A DNA stretch of 64,000 bases, from positions 384,001-448,000 of the forward strand of contig CAWHTE010000003.1 in NCBI GenBank assembly GCA_963832165.1. The letters run 5' to 3'. The notes beneath the pieces were generated by a model, which was not told the origin of the DNA, searched no databases, and was given only the letters and a program-made list of their open reading frames with translations. A program made the translations under genes and the position numbers. Shown here one piece after another: positions 9,701 through 20,550 of this stretch. Numbering within the stretch: the first letter of the stretch is position 1; the number at the start of each line of letters is the position of its first letter. Origin of the DNA: an uncultured delta proteobacterium. GTDB taxonomy: Bacteria > Myxococcota_A > UBA9160 > SMWR01.

Positions 9701-10757
9701 CGATCAGCCGCGGCTCGTGTCCGGACCGGTCGTGCAGGCGCGCGAGCGCACGCAGTGCTTCGGGCTCCTCGGGTGCTGCCGCGATCCAGCGCTGCACCCA
9801 GCGCACGGCCTGATCGGGCGTGCCGAGCTGCGTGTGAAGCCGCTCGATCTCGCCCACGAGCGCCCCGAGGCGTTCGCGATCGCTCGTCACGAGCGCCTCT
9901 CGCTCGTATGCCGCGAGCGCAGCGGCGGCGCCGGGACCCGCGATTGCGGGCGCCGGGCGGCCCTCGACCTTCGCGCGCAGCCGCGAGACCGCTTCGTCGA
10001 CGGCGGGTGCAGACGGATCGAGCGCGTGGGCGCGTTCGTAGGCGTCGAGCGCGGCCTCGGGGTCGAAGAGCTGACACTCGTGCAGCTCGCCGAGCCGGAC
10101 GAGCCGCGCGACGGAGGCGCCCGAATCGGCAGCGCAGAATACGAGCGATCGCTCGAGTGCGCTCGCGAGGTCGGCGTTCCGCCCGAGTGTGGCGAGTGTC
10201 TCGACGAGCGCATCGACGGCGGCCGCGCTGTTCGGATCGCGCGCGGTTGCGGTCTCGAGGTGCGCGAGCGCGCGCTGTGACTCGCCGCAATCGCGGTAGA
10301 GCGACGCCGCCGTGAGCAGCGCGACGACGGGCACCTGGTCGGCGCGCATCTCGATCACGCGCTCGAGCGATTGGAGCAGGCGCGCCGCGCCCCCCTCGCG
10401 CGCGAGCGCACCGAGCCGCTCGTAGAGCGGCGCCGCGTCCGGCGCCGACTCGACGCCGCGGCAGATCCACTCGCGCGCGGCGGCAGGGTTGTGGAGCTCG
10501 CGCTGCTCGATCGCAGCCAGCTCGAGCGCGATCGCGGCGCGCTCCGTGGGCGCGATCGTGAAGCGACGCGCCTGCAGCAGAGCCAGGCGTACCCAGTCGG
10601 AGGACGCCCGCGCATGCTCGATGAGTGCGGAGAGCGCGGCGGGTTGGAACGGCTCGGCGAGCAGTGCGCGCCGCATGCGTGCGATCGTTTCGTGATCGCG
10701 ATCACGTGCAGACGAATCCGGCGGGAACCCGTCGGGCCCGTTCATCTCGCGCGCCAA
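3720..10757 (-). CDS. Giant (2345 aa) TPR-repeat protein
   Basis: Dozens of TPR-like helices (e.g. AYERAHALDP, YRKALECEP, ALRALERLLE..DW) typical of myxobacterial large TPR proteins. Confidence 0.85.
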   Translation of the reverse strand: MAREMNGPDGFPPDSSARDRDHETIARMRRALLAEPFQPAALSALIEHARASSDWVRLALLQARRFTIAPTERAAIALELAAIEQRELHNPAAAREWICRGVESAPDAAPLYERLGALAREGGAARLLQSLERVIEMRADQVPVVALLTAASLYRDCGESQRALAHLETATARDPNSAAAVDALVETLATLGRNADLASALERSLVFCAADSGASVARLVRLGELHECQLFDPEAALDAYERAHALDPSAPAVDEAVSRLRAKVEGRPAPAIAGPGAAAALAAYEREALVTSDRERLGALVGEIERLHTQLGTPDQAVRWVQRWIAAAPEEPEALRALARLHDRSGHEPRLIAALSALDRLLEPGEQAANRKRIGALHTSLGKPDAAERAFAHALEIAPDDVTALAGRADALRELGRIDELIPALEHLAEGQTEAPRIATRLELAQILEQRRDLARAIAVLGRTESEGAGGAEISDRIDGLLARASRHGELEQRLARRAAACERSPAAAAIELRRAEVLLDELGRAQDAVAAYRSVLEHEPESREARAGLERALREGGDAAGLAAFLEDQERGAEEPARSQVALERAVLLEEQLARPDDALAIFARLAAESADPSTARSAEQHCERLLEQLQRWPALREHWLRSLGHSVDEDARLHERLARLCAERLGDGAAEVEHLERVVALDAQRSDIWQKLAGHYERAQRVDDSVRALEAELANRPDHTREIELRARLAELHLECARPDSAREHYERVFDLCPAHSAAAHFLEHAYEESERFEDVVALLETRLAAIDATTDPHTTSRRTALRLQIAHVREAHLDDLEGSISALEVALEELGPDAVVTEPLAAAYQRGEYHADLIELCTTAATASEDPAERANWWARLGDAHLCIDQPSEAADAYRRSLTERPGDRAIEASLRELYRALGRSEPLVELLEAELRHLAGNAEIPVRLELVERLRATRPGHALLHASRVLQLAPRHRAALDAAVEIAEMLGRHDDALALLDARIRASQSPRESAEWRVRKARLLAGSLAQPASAIQCYRAALDADPTRHEAPDLRREQSALLEQEQRWSEWLDCEASRLQDCAPAERATLIDHAGRVAWERISPEAALPWLERLRHEWPTNADVLGRISRAHRELGQREALVRALEAEAALAQGEARSRCHLERATLLRDAGDTGRALSALAEAGALPDALRLREQIERELGHHARRATTLEALLAQCGSDLALHRELAALYAKELREPGSAVRHWEAARRLVPAGSPAEVEILASLAAAERANGRIAAWARHSERELAALDPAPVFDDRRRELRRELAFTYDAVLARPDSALAHLRVLLDTDDVALLGRDTLDRVELACLRLLRSEGNAVELERRLAHRLDRVGGAARDWLDLALLREETLRRTSAAWEAYRKALECEPANLEALRGMRRTAERLGRWRDVADALERELDVARDRDPADRGALLRALADIHWHRLSSTTRASRCYAAALEANASDFAALRALERLLEAMEDWRGALDLYESEVEVLGSANPKRRREIWLHVTSLASERADDPERARNALRRAGEIDPLDTPQIAQLAALHEAVGDRESFVAAYATWCDAPDSGAAAPEHLRLAVALEELGHIDAATARIEVAIASQPADAAVWDAAARLRAATGDPIGSARALSRAAEYEPHPALAAARLRDAAARCSEQDPEQALALLRTAVARAPDDAAAHAARARLASQLSGHEEAELAARAALEIAPGALDTAARAAVARTGAESARSRGRIEVAASFYAEALRIDPDHAGALGAYGEMLVALGDHPAARSALVRRLARGERYPERATHCALLGRCLELAGEPEEALAHYGAALHCDPLHAVALESTARVLEALDRIDPGIAAIERWARAARTGEERALRLLRAAQWELRRGGRVESAVRHLGAAVAADPGLAPASIALAGLQIDAGRLDAAIESTDRAAAHVHDPIEFAALANLQGRALEQKGERREAALCFGIAAECDPRCAEAALAQARLLRGFGEWREAASALDAFAERHPTNDDPALADVYEQLARLLAGPLEELQSAVLRYRRAIELAPERIEARAALAELLSHRPGDWVEALEHLRLVLTKRPAHARSLRVALRIARARAESEQVAAGVAILRALGIATSRESEADAAGAALVTRETALADPRFETLRRIAMEAASELARALGGSTPTPAAAPNGDPVVAFRGRVLAIQAELSAAVLLTQSARDVREVLELLVQLALQPEHVNGHGTLVNALSESLGRRRLRKLRRILGDDANPRDFAGVDYDAWRTELRALAAAEAIRRDATPLRTAIVALIAESDSASELSGDAPIAPHVEADPVACALLRRLVEDWLGRL

Positions 10758-10923
10758 GTCCCCGCCTCCCCTTCGAAAAGCGTTCTCCTACTCATCGACC
10801 GATGGGGTCGTGGGCTTGACCGGGATCGTTTTTGCCGCGATCGGCGATTCGTCTTCCGTTTCGGTAACTTAGGCGGGCAGTTCCGGCTCGGGTGCCGGTC
10901 CCCCTCCGCCCGTCCGCAAGTTT

Positions 10924-10952
10924 CGCGCAGCGAGCCACTGGCGAGCGAAGAC
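10924..10952 (+). repeat. GA-hairpin dispersed repeat, copy 1
   Basis: CGCGCAGCGAGCC-ACT-GGCGAGCGAAGAC. Confidence 0.75.
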
Positions 10953-10977
10953 GATAAGACCAGCCGAGAGATCCACC

Positions 10978-13304
10978 TTGCCCGACGAAGCCCCGCGCGA
11001 CCCGAGTCCGCTGCCCGCTGCGGGGGTGCGTCCGCCGCTTCCGCCGGCCGAGCGGCGCCGGCGCGTGCGCGAGCTCTGGATCGGCGTGGTGCTGATCGCC
11101 GCGGTCAGCGGCCTGCTGCTCCTGCCTTCGATCACGGGGCTCACGCAGGGGGTCGGCGACAGCGGTCTGTTCCTGTTCCTGAATGCGGTGACCGTGATCC
11201 TGATCCTGATCTTCGGCTTCCTCGTCACGCGGAACTTCTGGAAGCTGGTGGGCGAGCGGCGCCGCGGGATCCTCGGCTCGCACCTGAACCTCAAGTTCGT
11301 GGCCGCGTTCGTGTTGATCGCGCTCGTCACGACCTCGGGCCTGTTCGTCGTGTCGGCGTTCTTCATCACGCAGTCGATCGACAAGTGGTTCAGCGTGCAG
11401 GTCGACCGCGCGCTCGAGGAGAGCGGCGAGGTCGCCGAGAGCTATTACGAGTCGACCGCCACCAACGCGATGTTCTACGGCTCGCGGATCGCCGAGCTCA
11501 TCGCGGGCGAGCGGCTGCTGCGCGAGGGTGCGCAGGCCGAGCTCGAAAGGCTCGTGCAGACGAAACAGCGCGAGTACAACCTCGGCGTCGTCGAGATCTT
11601 CGGCTCGGACGGCGAGGAGCTCGTGAGCGGGATCAACCCCGAGATTCCCGCGGCGAGCTTCTCGCGCCCCGACCCCGACCTCGTGCGCGCGGCGCTGCGC
11701 GGCGAAGCCGGCTGGCACGTCGACGAGGTCGGCAGCGGCGACGTGGTGCGCGGCGCGGTGCCGATCGCCTCGTCGCTGCGCCGCGGGAAGCCCGTAGGCG
11801 CCGTGGTCGTGAACGTGCTGATTCCGTTCTCGCAGGCGCGCAAGGTCGCCAGCATCCGCTCCACGCTCGACGCCTACCGCCAGCTGCAGCCCGCAGCGGG
11901 TCACATCCGCGGTGCCTATATCCTCCAGCTGCTGCTCGCGTCCAGCGTCGTGCTGATGCTCGCGCTGTGGATGGGCTTCCGGCTCGCGAAGGGCGTGACG
12001 GGCCCGATCCGCGCGCTCGCGGAGGGCACCGCGGAGGTCGCGCGCGGCAATCTCGACGTGTCGGTGCAGGCGACCAGCGACGACGAGATCGGCTTCCTGG
12101 TAGGGTCGTTCAACCAGATGATCCGCGACCTGCGCGACGCGCGCAGCGGCATCGAGCGCTCGGCCACCGAGCTCGAGCGGCGCCGGCGCTACATGGAGAT
12201 CGTGCTGGGCACGGTCGGCGCGGGCGTCGTCTCGGTCGACGCCGAGGGCCGGATCAGCACGATCAATCCGTCGGCACAGCGCTTCCTGGGCATTCCGGCG
12301 GGCAGCGGACTCCTGGGGCAGAAGCTCGCCGACGTGGTGCATCGGCCCGAGCTGACCCAGGTGATCGAAGAGCTGTCGACCGCGCTGCGCCCGGGCGTGC
12401 GCGAGAGCATCCGTCGCCAGGTGCAGGTGCCGCTCGACGACGACATCGCGACGCTGTTCGTCACGCTCACCGTGATGCACGACGAGGCCGGCGACGTGCT
12501 CGGCACGGTGGTCGTGTTCGACGACTACACCCAGCTCGTGAAGGTGCAGCGCATGGCGGCCTGGCGCGAGGTGGCGCGCCGGATCGCGCACGAGATCAAG
12601 AACCCGCTCACGCCGATCCAGCTCTCCGCACAGCGCCTGCGCCGCCGCTTCGCGGACCAGCTCAAGGGCAACCCCGAGAACGAGAAGATCTTCGACGAGT
12701 GCGTCGACGCGATCACGACCCAGGTCGACACGCTCAAGGTGCTCGTGGACGAGTTCCAGAATTTCGCGCGTCTGCCCGCGGGGCAGCCGCGCCCCGACGA
12801 TCTGAACCGGATCGTCGGCGAGGCGATGGCGAGCTATGCGGGCACCGACGACGTCGAGTTCGTGACCGATCTCGATCCCGAGCTGCCGACGGTGGACCTC
12901 GACCGCGACCAGATGCGCCGCGCGCTCACGAACCTGATCGACAACGCGGTGGCGGCGGTCAAGCGCCGGCTCCAGCTCGACGACACCGGGCAGCCCGGAC
13001 GCATCACGCTGCGCAGCGCACACGACCCGCTGCTGCAGAGCGTGCGGATCGAGGTAGCGGACGACGGGATCGGCATTCCGCAGCAGGATCGGCGGCGCGT
13101 GTTCGAGCCCTACTTCTCGACGAAGGACCGCGGAACCGGGCTCGGGCTCGCGATCGTCTCGCGCATCATCGCAGACCACCACGGCTACATCCGGGTGCAG
13201 AACAACGAGCCGCGCGGCGCGCGCTTCGTGGTCGAGCTGCCCGTCTCCCGGCTCGACGCCGACCGCGGCGCCATCTCCGGTGAGACGCCTGCCGGGAGCA
13301 CTAG

Positions 13305-13308
<4 letters not shown>
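10978..13308 (+). CDS. NtrY-like sensor histidine kinase (TM, HAMP, PAS, HisKA, HATPase)
   Basis: AWREVARRIAHEIKNPLTPIQLSAQRL H-box, NLIDNA, DDGIGI, FEPYFSTK, GTGLGL. Confidence 0.9.
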
Positions 13309-14650
<1,342 letters not shown>

Positions 14651-14654
<4 letters not shown>

Positions 14655-15487
14655 GCCCGTCGGTGGCTCCCCGCCGAGAGGTTCCGATCCGCGGCCTGGG
14701 TCGCGTGGTGTCGCTCTCCGACGAGGGCGGTGTGAATCGCCGGCTCGTGGTTGCGCTGCCGCGCTGGCCGGGCTCGCAACCGGGGCAGTTCGTCATGCTG
14801 TCGCCGGGCGGGCTCGGGTCCGCAACGCGCTGTGATCCGCTGCTGCCGCGACCCATGGCGGTGTACCGCACGCACGTCGCCGACGGTGACCCGCATGTGG
14901 AGATCCTGTTCAAGGTGCACGGCCGCGGAACGGCGCTGCTCGCCGATCTCGAGCCGGGCGCGCGAGTCGCGGTGGTCGGACCGCTCGGCACGCCGTTCCC
15001 GGACCCGGCGCCGGGCGCGCGCGCGGTGATCGTCGCGGGCGGAACCGGGATCGCGTCGGTCTACGAGTTCGCAGCCGGGTTGCGCGCGCGCGGCGCGGCC
15101 GTGTCGGTGCTGCTCGGCGCGCGCAGCGCAGGCGACCTGATGGGCGAGGCCGACTTCGCCGCGAGTGGAATCGATCTCGCGATCGCGACCGAGGACGGCT
15201 CGCGCGGAACGCGCGGGCTCGTGACGGATCTGCTCGCGGACGCGCTCGCCGCGCCGGGAGAAGCGGTCGTCTACGCGTGCGGTCCCACGCCGATGATGGC
15301 GGCGGTCGCACGCATGGCCGAGCAGCGCGGCCTGGCGTGCTGGGTCTCGCTCGAGAATCCGATGGCGTGCGGCTTCGGCGTGTGTCTCGGCTGTGCGGCG
15401 CCGCTGCGCGACGGCGGCTTCGCGCTCGTGTGCCGCGACGGGCCGGTGCTGCCCGCGAACGCGGTCGCGTGGGAGTCGCTGCCGTGA
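14651..15487 (+). CDS. pyrK: Dihydroorotate dehydrogenase electron transfer subunit
   Basis: PGQFVML, GPLG, AGGTGIA, ACGPTPMM, MACGFGVCLGC...C [2Fe-2S] motif. Confidence 0.9.
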
Positions 15488-16407
15488 GCGTCGACACGCG
15501 CGTCGACCTGGGCGGGATCGCGCTGCGCAACCCGGTGCTCACGGCGTCGGGCACGTTCGGCTACGGCACCGAGTTCGCGCCGTTCCTCGACCTCACGCGG
15601 ATCGGCGGCTTCGTCGCGAAGAGCCTCACGCTCGAGCCGCGGCGCGGAAATCCGCCGCCGCGGATCGCGGAGGCGCCGTCGGGCATGCTCAACGCGATCA
15701 GCCTCGAGAACGTCGGCGTCGACGCGTTCGTGTCCGAGAAGCTGCCCGCGCTGCCGAGCGGCGTCACCGTGATCGCGAGCCTGTTCGAGACCGAGATCGA
15801 GCGCTATGCGGAGGCCGCCAAGCGTCTGACGGGCGCGCCGCGCGTCGCGGGGCTCGAGGTGAACGCCTCGTGCCCGCACGTGAAGAGCGGAGGAATCGAG
15901 TTCGGCCAGCGACCCGAGCTGCTCGCGCGCCTCGTGCGCGCGGTGCGCGGCGCCACGAGCCTGCCGCTGCTCGTGAAGCTGTCGCCCAACGTCACCGACA
16001 TCGGCGAGATGGCGCGCGTGTGCGAGGGCGAGGGCGCCGACGGCGTCTCGCTGATCAACTCGGTGCAGGCGCTCGAGGTGAACCCCGAGACGCGTCGCCC
16101 GGTGTTGTCGAACGTGCTCGGCGGGCTGTCCGGGCCCGCGATCCGACCGATCGCGCTGCGCATGGTGTGGCAGGCGAGCCGCGCGGTGCGGATCCCGATC
16201 TGTGGGATGGGCGGAATCACGAGCGCGGCCGATGCGGTCAAGTTCCTGCTCTGCGGCGCCACGGCGGTGCAGGTGGGAACGCAGAACTACCTCGAGCCCG
16301 GCATCGCCGGAGACGTGGCCGATGGACTGGTCGCCTACGCCGAGCGTCACGGGATCACGCGGCTCGCCGACCTCACCGGGGCGCTCGAGCTTCCCGCTCG
16401 TCGATAG
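15484..16407 (+). CDS. pyrD: Dihydroorotate dehydrogenase (class 1B) catalytic subunit
   Basis: NPVLTASGTFGYG, NASCPHV, VKLSPNVTDI, GGLSGPAIRP. Confidence 0.93.
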   Translation: MSVDTRVDLGGIALRNPVLTASGTFGYGTEFAPFLDLTRIGGFVAKSLTLEPRRGNPPPRIAEAPSGMLNAISLENVGVDAFVSEKLPALPSGVTVIASLFETEIERYAEAAKRLTGAPRVAGLEVNASCPHVKSGGIEFGQRPELLARLVRAVRGATSLPLLVKLSPNVTDIGEMARVCEGEGADGVSLINSVQALEVNPETRRPVLSNVLGGLSGPAIRPIALRMVWQASRAVRIPICGMGGITSAADAVKFLLCGATAVQVGTQNYLEPGIAGDVADGLVAYAERHGITRLADLTGALELPARR

Positions 16408-17125
16408 TCTCGCGCGCTCGCCGTATCAGCCACGATGCGAGGACGACGCACGCGCCGAGGGCCGCCATGCCGAGGATGCCGTCGCGCTCCCACTGCGTGT
16501 GATGGGTCCCGGCCATGCGGGTCACGTGGACGGCCGCGGCGCCGAAGTACAGCGTCGGCAACATGTGCGGGAACATTCCGAGGTTGCCGACGAAGGCGTT
16601 GCGTAGCGGGACTCCGGCCGCGCCGAACGCGTAGCCGAGCAGGGCCTGGTTGACCGGGACGAGGCGCACGAGGAAGGTGAGCCGCGTTCCTCCCGTGGCC
16701 GCTCTCTCGACGAGGCCTCGGATCCGGGCGCTCTTCTCGAGTCGGCGCAGCACGGGCGCTCGCAGCCAGTGACCGCCGAGCCAATGACTGAGCAGACTCA
16801 TGACGTACACGGCCCCGGCGTAGTAGATCGTGCCCGCGACCGGCCCGAACGCCACGCCCGCGGCGAGGGCGAAGAGCGTGTCCGGCACCAGGAGCGGTTC
16901 GAGCAGGATCAGCGCCGCGCAGAACACGACCGGTCCCCAGGGCCCGAGATTCTCGATCGCAAGCTCGAAGCGGGGGAGGCCGTCGGCGAGGTGATGTCCC
17001 TGCCACGCGAGCAACGCGAGCATCACCGCGGCGACCGGCCAGAGGAAGCGATGCGTCTTCAACTCGGTGATCTTGCGCCGGTCCGCGCCGCGATCGCGGT
17101 TACCTGGGTCGCTTCCCGAGAGCAT
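16373..17125 (-). CDS. TVP38/TMEM64 (DedA/VTT) family membrane protein
   Basis: Hydrophobic helices, AAGVAFGPVAG and LVRLVP motifs; start uncertain (TTG at 17062 possible). Confidence 0.75.
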   Translation of the reverse strand: MLSGSDPGNRDRGADRRKITELKTHRFLWPVAAVMLALLAWQGHHLADGLPRFELAIENLGPWGPVVFCAALILLEPLLVPDTLFALAAGVAFGPVAGTIYYAGAVYVMSLLSHWLGGHWLRAPVLRRLEKSARIRGLVERAATGGTRLTFLVRLVPVNQALLGYAFGAAGVPLRNAFVGNLGMFPHMLPTLYFGAAAVHVTRMAGTHHTQWERDGILGMAALGACVVLASWLIRRARETIDEREARAPR

Positions 17126-19772
17126 CGGGCGGGGGCGCCAGGAGCTGGAACCTGTTGAACAGCGGATTCGGGTCGACGTTCGAATCGACGTGGATGCCCT
17201 TGCACCAGCCTGGATCGCTGACGTTGGTGCAGTCGACGACCGAGTCGACGTTGGCCTGCGTCCACGGGACGGCCTCCCGGACCACGACCTGATATCTCCT
17301 GTCGCTCGCGTCTCTCACGGTGATCGTGCACGGGTTCGCCGGCGAGACGCCGTTCGCGATCGTGTCCACGATGACGCGAGGCGTATCCGGAACGCCCGAC
17401 GTGGGGGTCGGAATCGGCGTGAAGTTGGCGTCCTGGCAGACGGCGAAGTCCTTCCACCTCGGCCTGTTCTGAGACTTCGAATCGCCCAGGATCATCACGA
17501 AGTCTTTGCTGTAGTCCGGGCCATTCGGATCGGGCTCACGGGGCGCACCCGCGGTCACGTAGTTCTGCTGCTTGAGGTTGTAATCCGTGTCCGTGTGCAC
17601 GGTGATGTCGTTGCACCAGCTCGCGCCGTCGGAACTGGGCGCGTTCGCGCTGCAGTCGATGAACTGGACCGCCTTCCCCGTCTTGGGGTCGACGTAGTTG
17701 TAACAATCGGGCCGGGGCGTCAGCGAGGGGACGCCGCACGCGAAGATCGTGGGATGGTTGTTGCTGTCCAGGCGCGCGGGGGGATAGGGTGGCCCCTTCA
17801 GGATCGTCAACGCGTACCGGTTGAAGAGGTTGTCGCCCAGAGCGATCGGGCAGTTCTCGATGTCCTTGGTATTCGAGTTCCAGATGTTCAGAACGCTGTC
17901 GAACCTGTAGTCGATCTGATGGTTCAGGCTCTCGTTGCAGACGCTGTAGTTCGTGAAATGCACCGGGTCGAGCTCGCCGCCGCCGAATCCGAAATAGACG
18001 GGTGACGTCGCCGCGTTCGGATTCGGCAGGCCCCTCGTCCCGCCCATCGCGATGATCAACCCCGTCCCCTCGCCCTGGAAGTTGCCCAGCGCGTCGTCGA
18101 CCGAGTAGGAATACACGTTCGTCGCGTCCATGTAGGACGCGTCGTGAACCAGCTGCACGTACGGGTTGAAGAGCGGGTGCGCGTCATCCAGCGGCAGCTG
18201 CTCGCCCTTGTTCAACCGGTCGAACGTCCTCTTCTGGTTCGGGTAATCCGGGTTCGGCGGGAACTGCGGGAATTCCGCGTGCCCTCCTTCGAGCGTGTTC
18301 CACTGCGCGGGACAGCCGTCGTTGAACGGGGTCCAGCCGTAGACATGCCCTAGCAGCGTGCTCAGGTTCATGGGAATCGGGTCTACGTCTTGATTGCACG
18401 GGTGCCTGCCGTCGACGAGATCGGCGTAGTGGGCCGTGTAGCTGGCGTAGTTGTTCAGGAACAGGTCATAGACGGTCCTGATGTCGGTGCACGTCGGGCT
18501 CTGATCGGTCGTGTTCGCCGTACAGCCTTGCCACAGGTCCACGAGCGTCCCGATCGGCTCCCAGAGGCATTCGCCCGCGAGAAGGTCGTAATCCTGGTCG
18601 CCAACCGCGACCTTCGTCGGCGGACACGGCGGCGCCGTGTAGATCCCGCTCGGCAGGACGAACTTGTCTCGGGACTCCGGCGTGTTGCAGGCGACGCACT
18701 CCATGCTCGCGAAAACCTGGAGCGGCGCCGGCACCTTGATCAGGTCCGTGTTCTGCGGCGGCAGGAGACAGGCCTCGACGTCGGTCGGCGGAGAGACGAA
18801 CTGGGGCCAGCCCTCGTAGGGAGAGCTTCCCGTCAGTCCGAGGAACTTCGCGATGTCTCGCTGCACCGTCGAAATCGCCTTGGGTGAGCCGTAGTAGCCG
18901 GGGTAGTTGGACGCGCCTCTGATGCTCGCCTCATCGGGAGGGTCGATGAACGATTCCACGAGGCCAGGCAGGAACGCGAAATTGACGTACGAGATGTCGA
19001 AGTCGACGTTATTCGTCTGCAGGTAGTACTTGGGCTGCGGAGGCGGCAGATTCGTGGTGGGAATCGCGCCGAGCGAGTACTCCACGATCTGAGACGGATC
19101 GTTGACGGGCAATGACGGGGAGCCGCACGCGTCGCCCACGCACGACTTGTAGATCTCCAGTGGCTGTGTGCAGCCGACACAGGCGGGCGGGTTCGCGGTG
19201 GCGGTGATTGGATGGCTCTGATCGGCCAGGCGATCCTGCGTCAAGGTCGGGGGAGGGCACGCGTCGCCCTGAACGTAGGGGCTCGTGAAGAGGTAGACCC
19301 TGCCACCTTGCCACCAGTCGATGAACTGGTCGTGCTGAGTCGGGTCGATGGTCGGTACGAGCTGCGTGAAGAGTGGAAGCGTGATCGTGACGGATCCGTT
19401 CGGCGGAATGCCCGCGCCCTCCGGATCGACGTACAGACGGTATGCGAATGCCCTCGGGAATGCGTGACAGGCATCCTCGGTCTGCGTCGCGCTGAGCTGA
19501 AAGAACGCCTGCATCCATTGATCGACGGGACCCGGACCCGTCTCGAACACGGGATAGAGGCTCCGGTTCGAGTTGTTGTAGATCTTGATCGTCATCTGGG
19601 GAACGGGCGTGATCGGGGCCGGAGGCAGCGTGCACACGGGCTGCGCGGTGCTCTCGTCGGCTCGTCCCAGGACGAGCGCAAGCAGGACGAGAAGGAGGGC
19701 AGGGCGGCGCCCGGCAGCTCCGCGATGAGCGCAGCGATTCCGGCGCGCGAGGGTCGCTATCGAGGACGTCAC
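17100..19772 (-). CDS. Secreted Cys/Pro-rich protein with thaumatin/GH64-like motifs (890 aa)
   Basis: Signal peptide; TIKIYNNSNRSLYPV, VEYSLG...VDFDISYVN, NPYVQLVH..YSYSVDD. Confidence 0.6.
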   Translation of the reverse strand: MTSSIATLARRNRCAHRGAAGRRPALLLVLLALVLGRADESTAQPVCTLPPAPITPVPQMTIKIYNNSNRSLYPVFETGPGPVDQWMQAFFQLSATQTEDACHAFPRAFAYRLYVDPEGAGIPPNGSVTITLPLFTQLVPTIDPTQHDQFIDWWQGGRVYLFTSPYVQGDACPPPTLTQDRLADQSHPITATANPPACVGCTQPLEIYKSCVGDACGSPSLPVNDPSQIVEYSLGAIPTTNLPPPQPKYYLQTNNVDFDISYVNFAFLPGLVESFIDPPDEASIRGASNYPGYYGSPKAISTVQRDIAKFLGLTGSSPYEGWPQFVSPPTDVEACLLPPQNTDLIKVPAPLQVFASMECVACNTPESRDKFVLPSGIYTAPPCPPTKVAVGDQDYDLLAGECLWEPIGTLVDLWQGCTANTTDQSPTCTDIRTVYDLFLNNYASYTAHYADLVDGRHPCNQDVDPIPMNLSTLLGHVYGWTPFNDGCPAQWNTLEGGHAEFPQFPPNPDYPNQKRTFDRLNKGEQLPLDDAHPLFNPYVQLVHDASYMDATNVYSYSVDDALGNFQGEGTGLIIAMGGTRGLPNPNAATSPVYFGFGGGELDPVHFTNYSVCNESLNHQIDYRFDSVLNIWNSNTKDIENCPIALGDNLFNRYALTILKGPPYPPARLDSNNHPTIFACGVPSLTPRPDCYNYVDPKTGKAVQFIDCSANAPSSDGASWCNDITVHTDTDYNLKQQNYVTAGAPREPDPNGPDYSKDFVMILGDSKSQNRPRWKDFAVCQDANFTPIPTPTSGVPDTPRVIVDTIANGVSPANPCTITVRDASDRRYQVVVREAVPWTQANVDSVVDCTNVSDPGWCKGIHVDSNVDPNPLFNRFQLLAPPPDALGKRPR

Positions 19773-19980
19773 GGATCCTTAGTCGGACCCCCCGGTCCTC
19801 CGGATTTCAGGCGCGCCCATCCTACGAGGCGCACGAGTGACGTGTCCAGGGAATTCGATTTGCGCCGACGTAGTGAACGACGAGGCGCGAGGTCGCTCGA
19901 TAGATTCTTGTTGACGAGTGGGAGTGATTTCTCCACCTAATTCAATGACAACGCGCCCCGACTTACACCACGGACCATCC

Positions 19981-20550
19981 ATGCCTATTCACATCGCCAT
20001 CACCCGACGTGCTCGGCCGGGCTGCGAGGATGAATTTCGAGAGGCCCTGTGCGATTTCTTTCAGGCCTCGTTCGCGGAGCGCGGCGTGTTGGGCGCCTGC
20101 ATGATCGTGCCGCCTCCTGGGTCACCGACGTCTGAATTCGGCATTCTCCGAACGTTCGCCAGCGAACGCGATCGCGATGCCTTCTACGAATCGCCACTCT
20201 TCAAGTCCTGGCAGGAGAGGAGCAGGCCGCTGGCCGAAGAGGAGTGGGTGGTTCGCGAACTGCACGGACTCGAAGCGTGGTTTCGATCGCCCCAAGGTCC
20301 ACCGGCGCGGTGGAAGATGGCCGTGCTCGTCTGGATGGGTGTGTGGCCCGTCAGCATGGCCATGCAAGCCCTGCTGATTCCATGGCTCGGTCCTGCCGTT
20401 CCCCATGTCGTCGCTGCCGGCGCAATCTCCGGTGCGACCGTGGTCATCCTCACCTGGATTGCCATGCCGCTGCTGGTCACGGTCGCGCACCGATGGCTTC
20501 AACCGATCCAACGCTCGGATCGCGAGCGCGCCAAGGGCAGAGCGCAATGA
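19981..20550 (+). CDS. Antibiotic biosynthesis monooxygenase (ABM)-fold protein with two C-terminal TM helices
   Basis: ITRRARPG..F, GLEAWF..PPARWKMAV pattern followed by hydrophobic helices. Confidence 0.7.
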   Translation: MPIHIAITRRARPGCEDEFREALCDFFQASFAERGVLGACMIVPPPGSPTSEFGILRTFASERDRDAFYESPLFKSWQERSRPLAEEEWVVRELHGLEAWFRSPQGPPARWKMAVLVWMGVWPVSMAMQALLIPWLGPAVPHVVAAGAISGATVVILTWIAMPLLVTVAHRWLQPIQRSDRERAKGRAQ

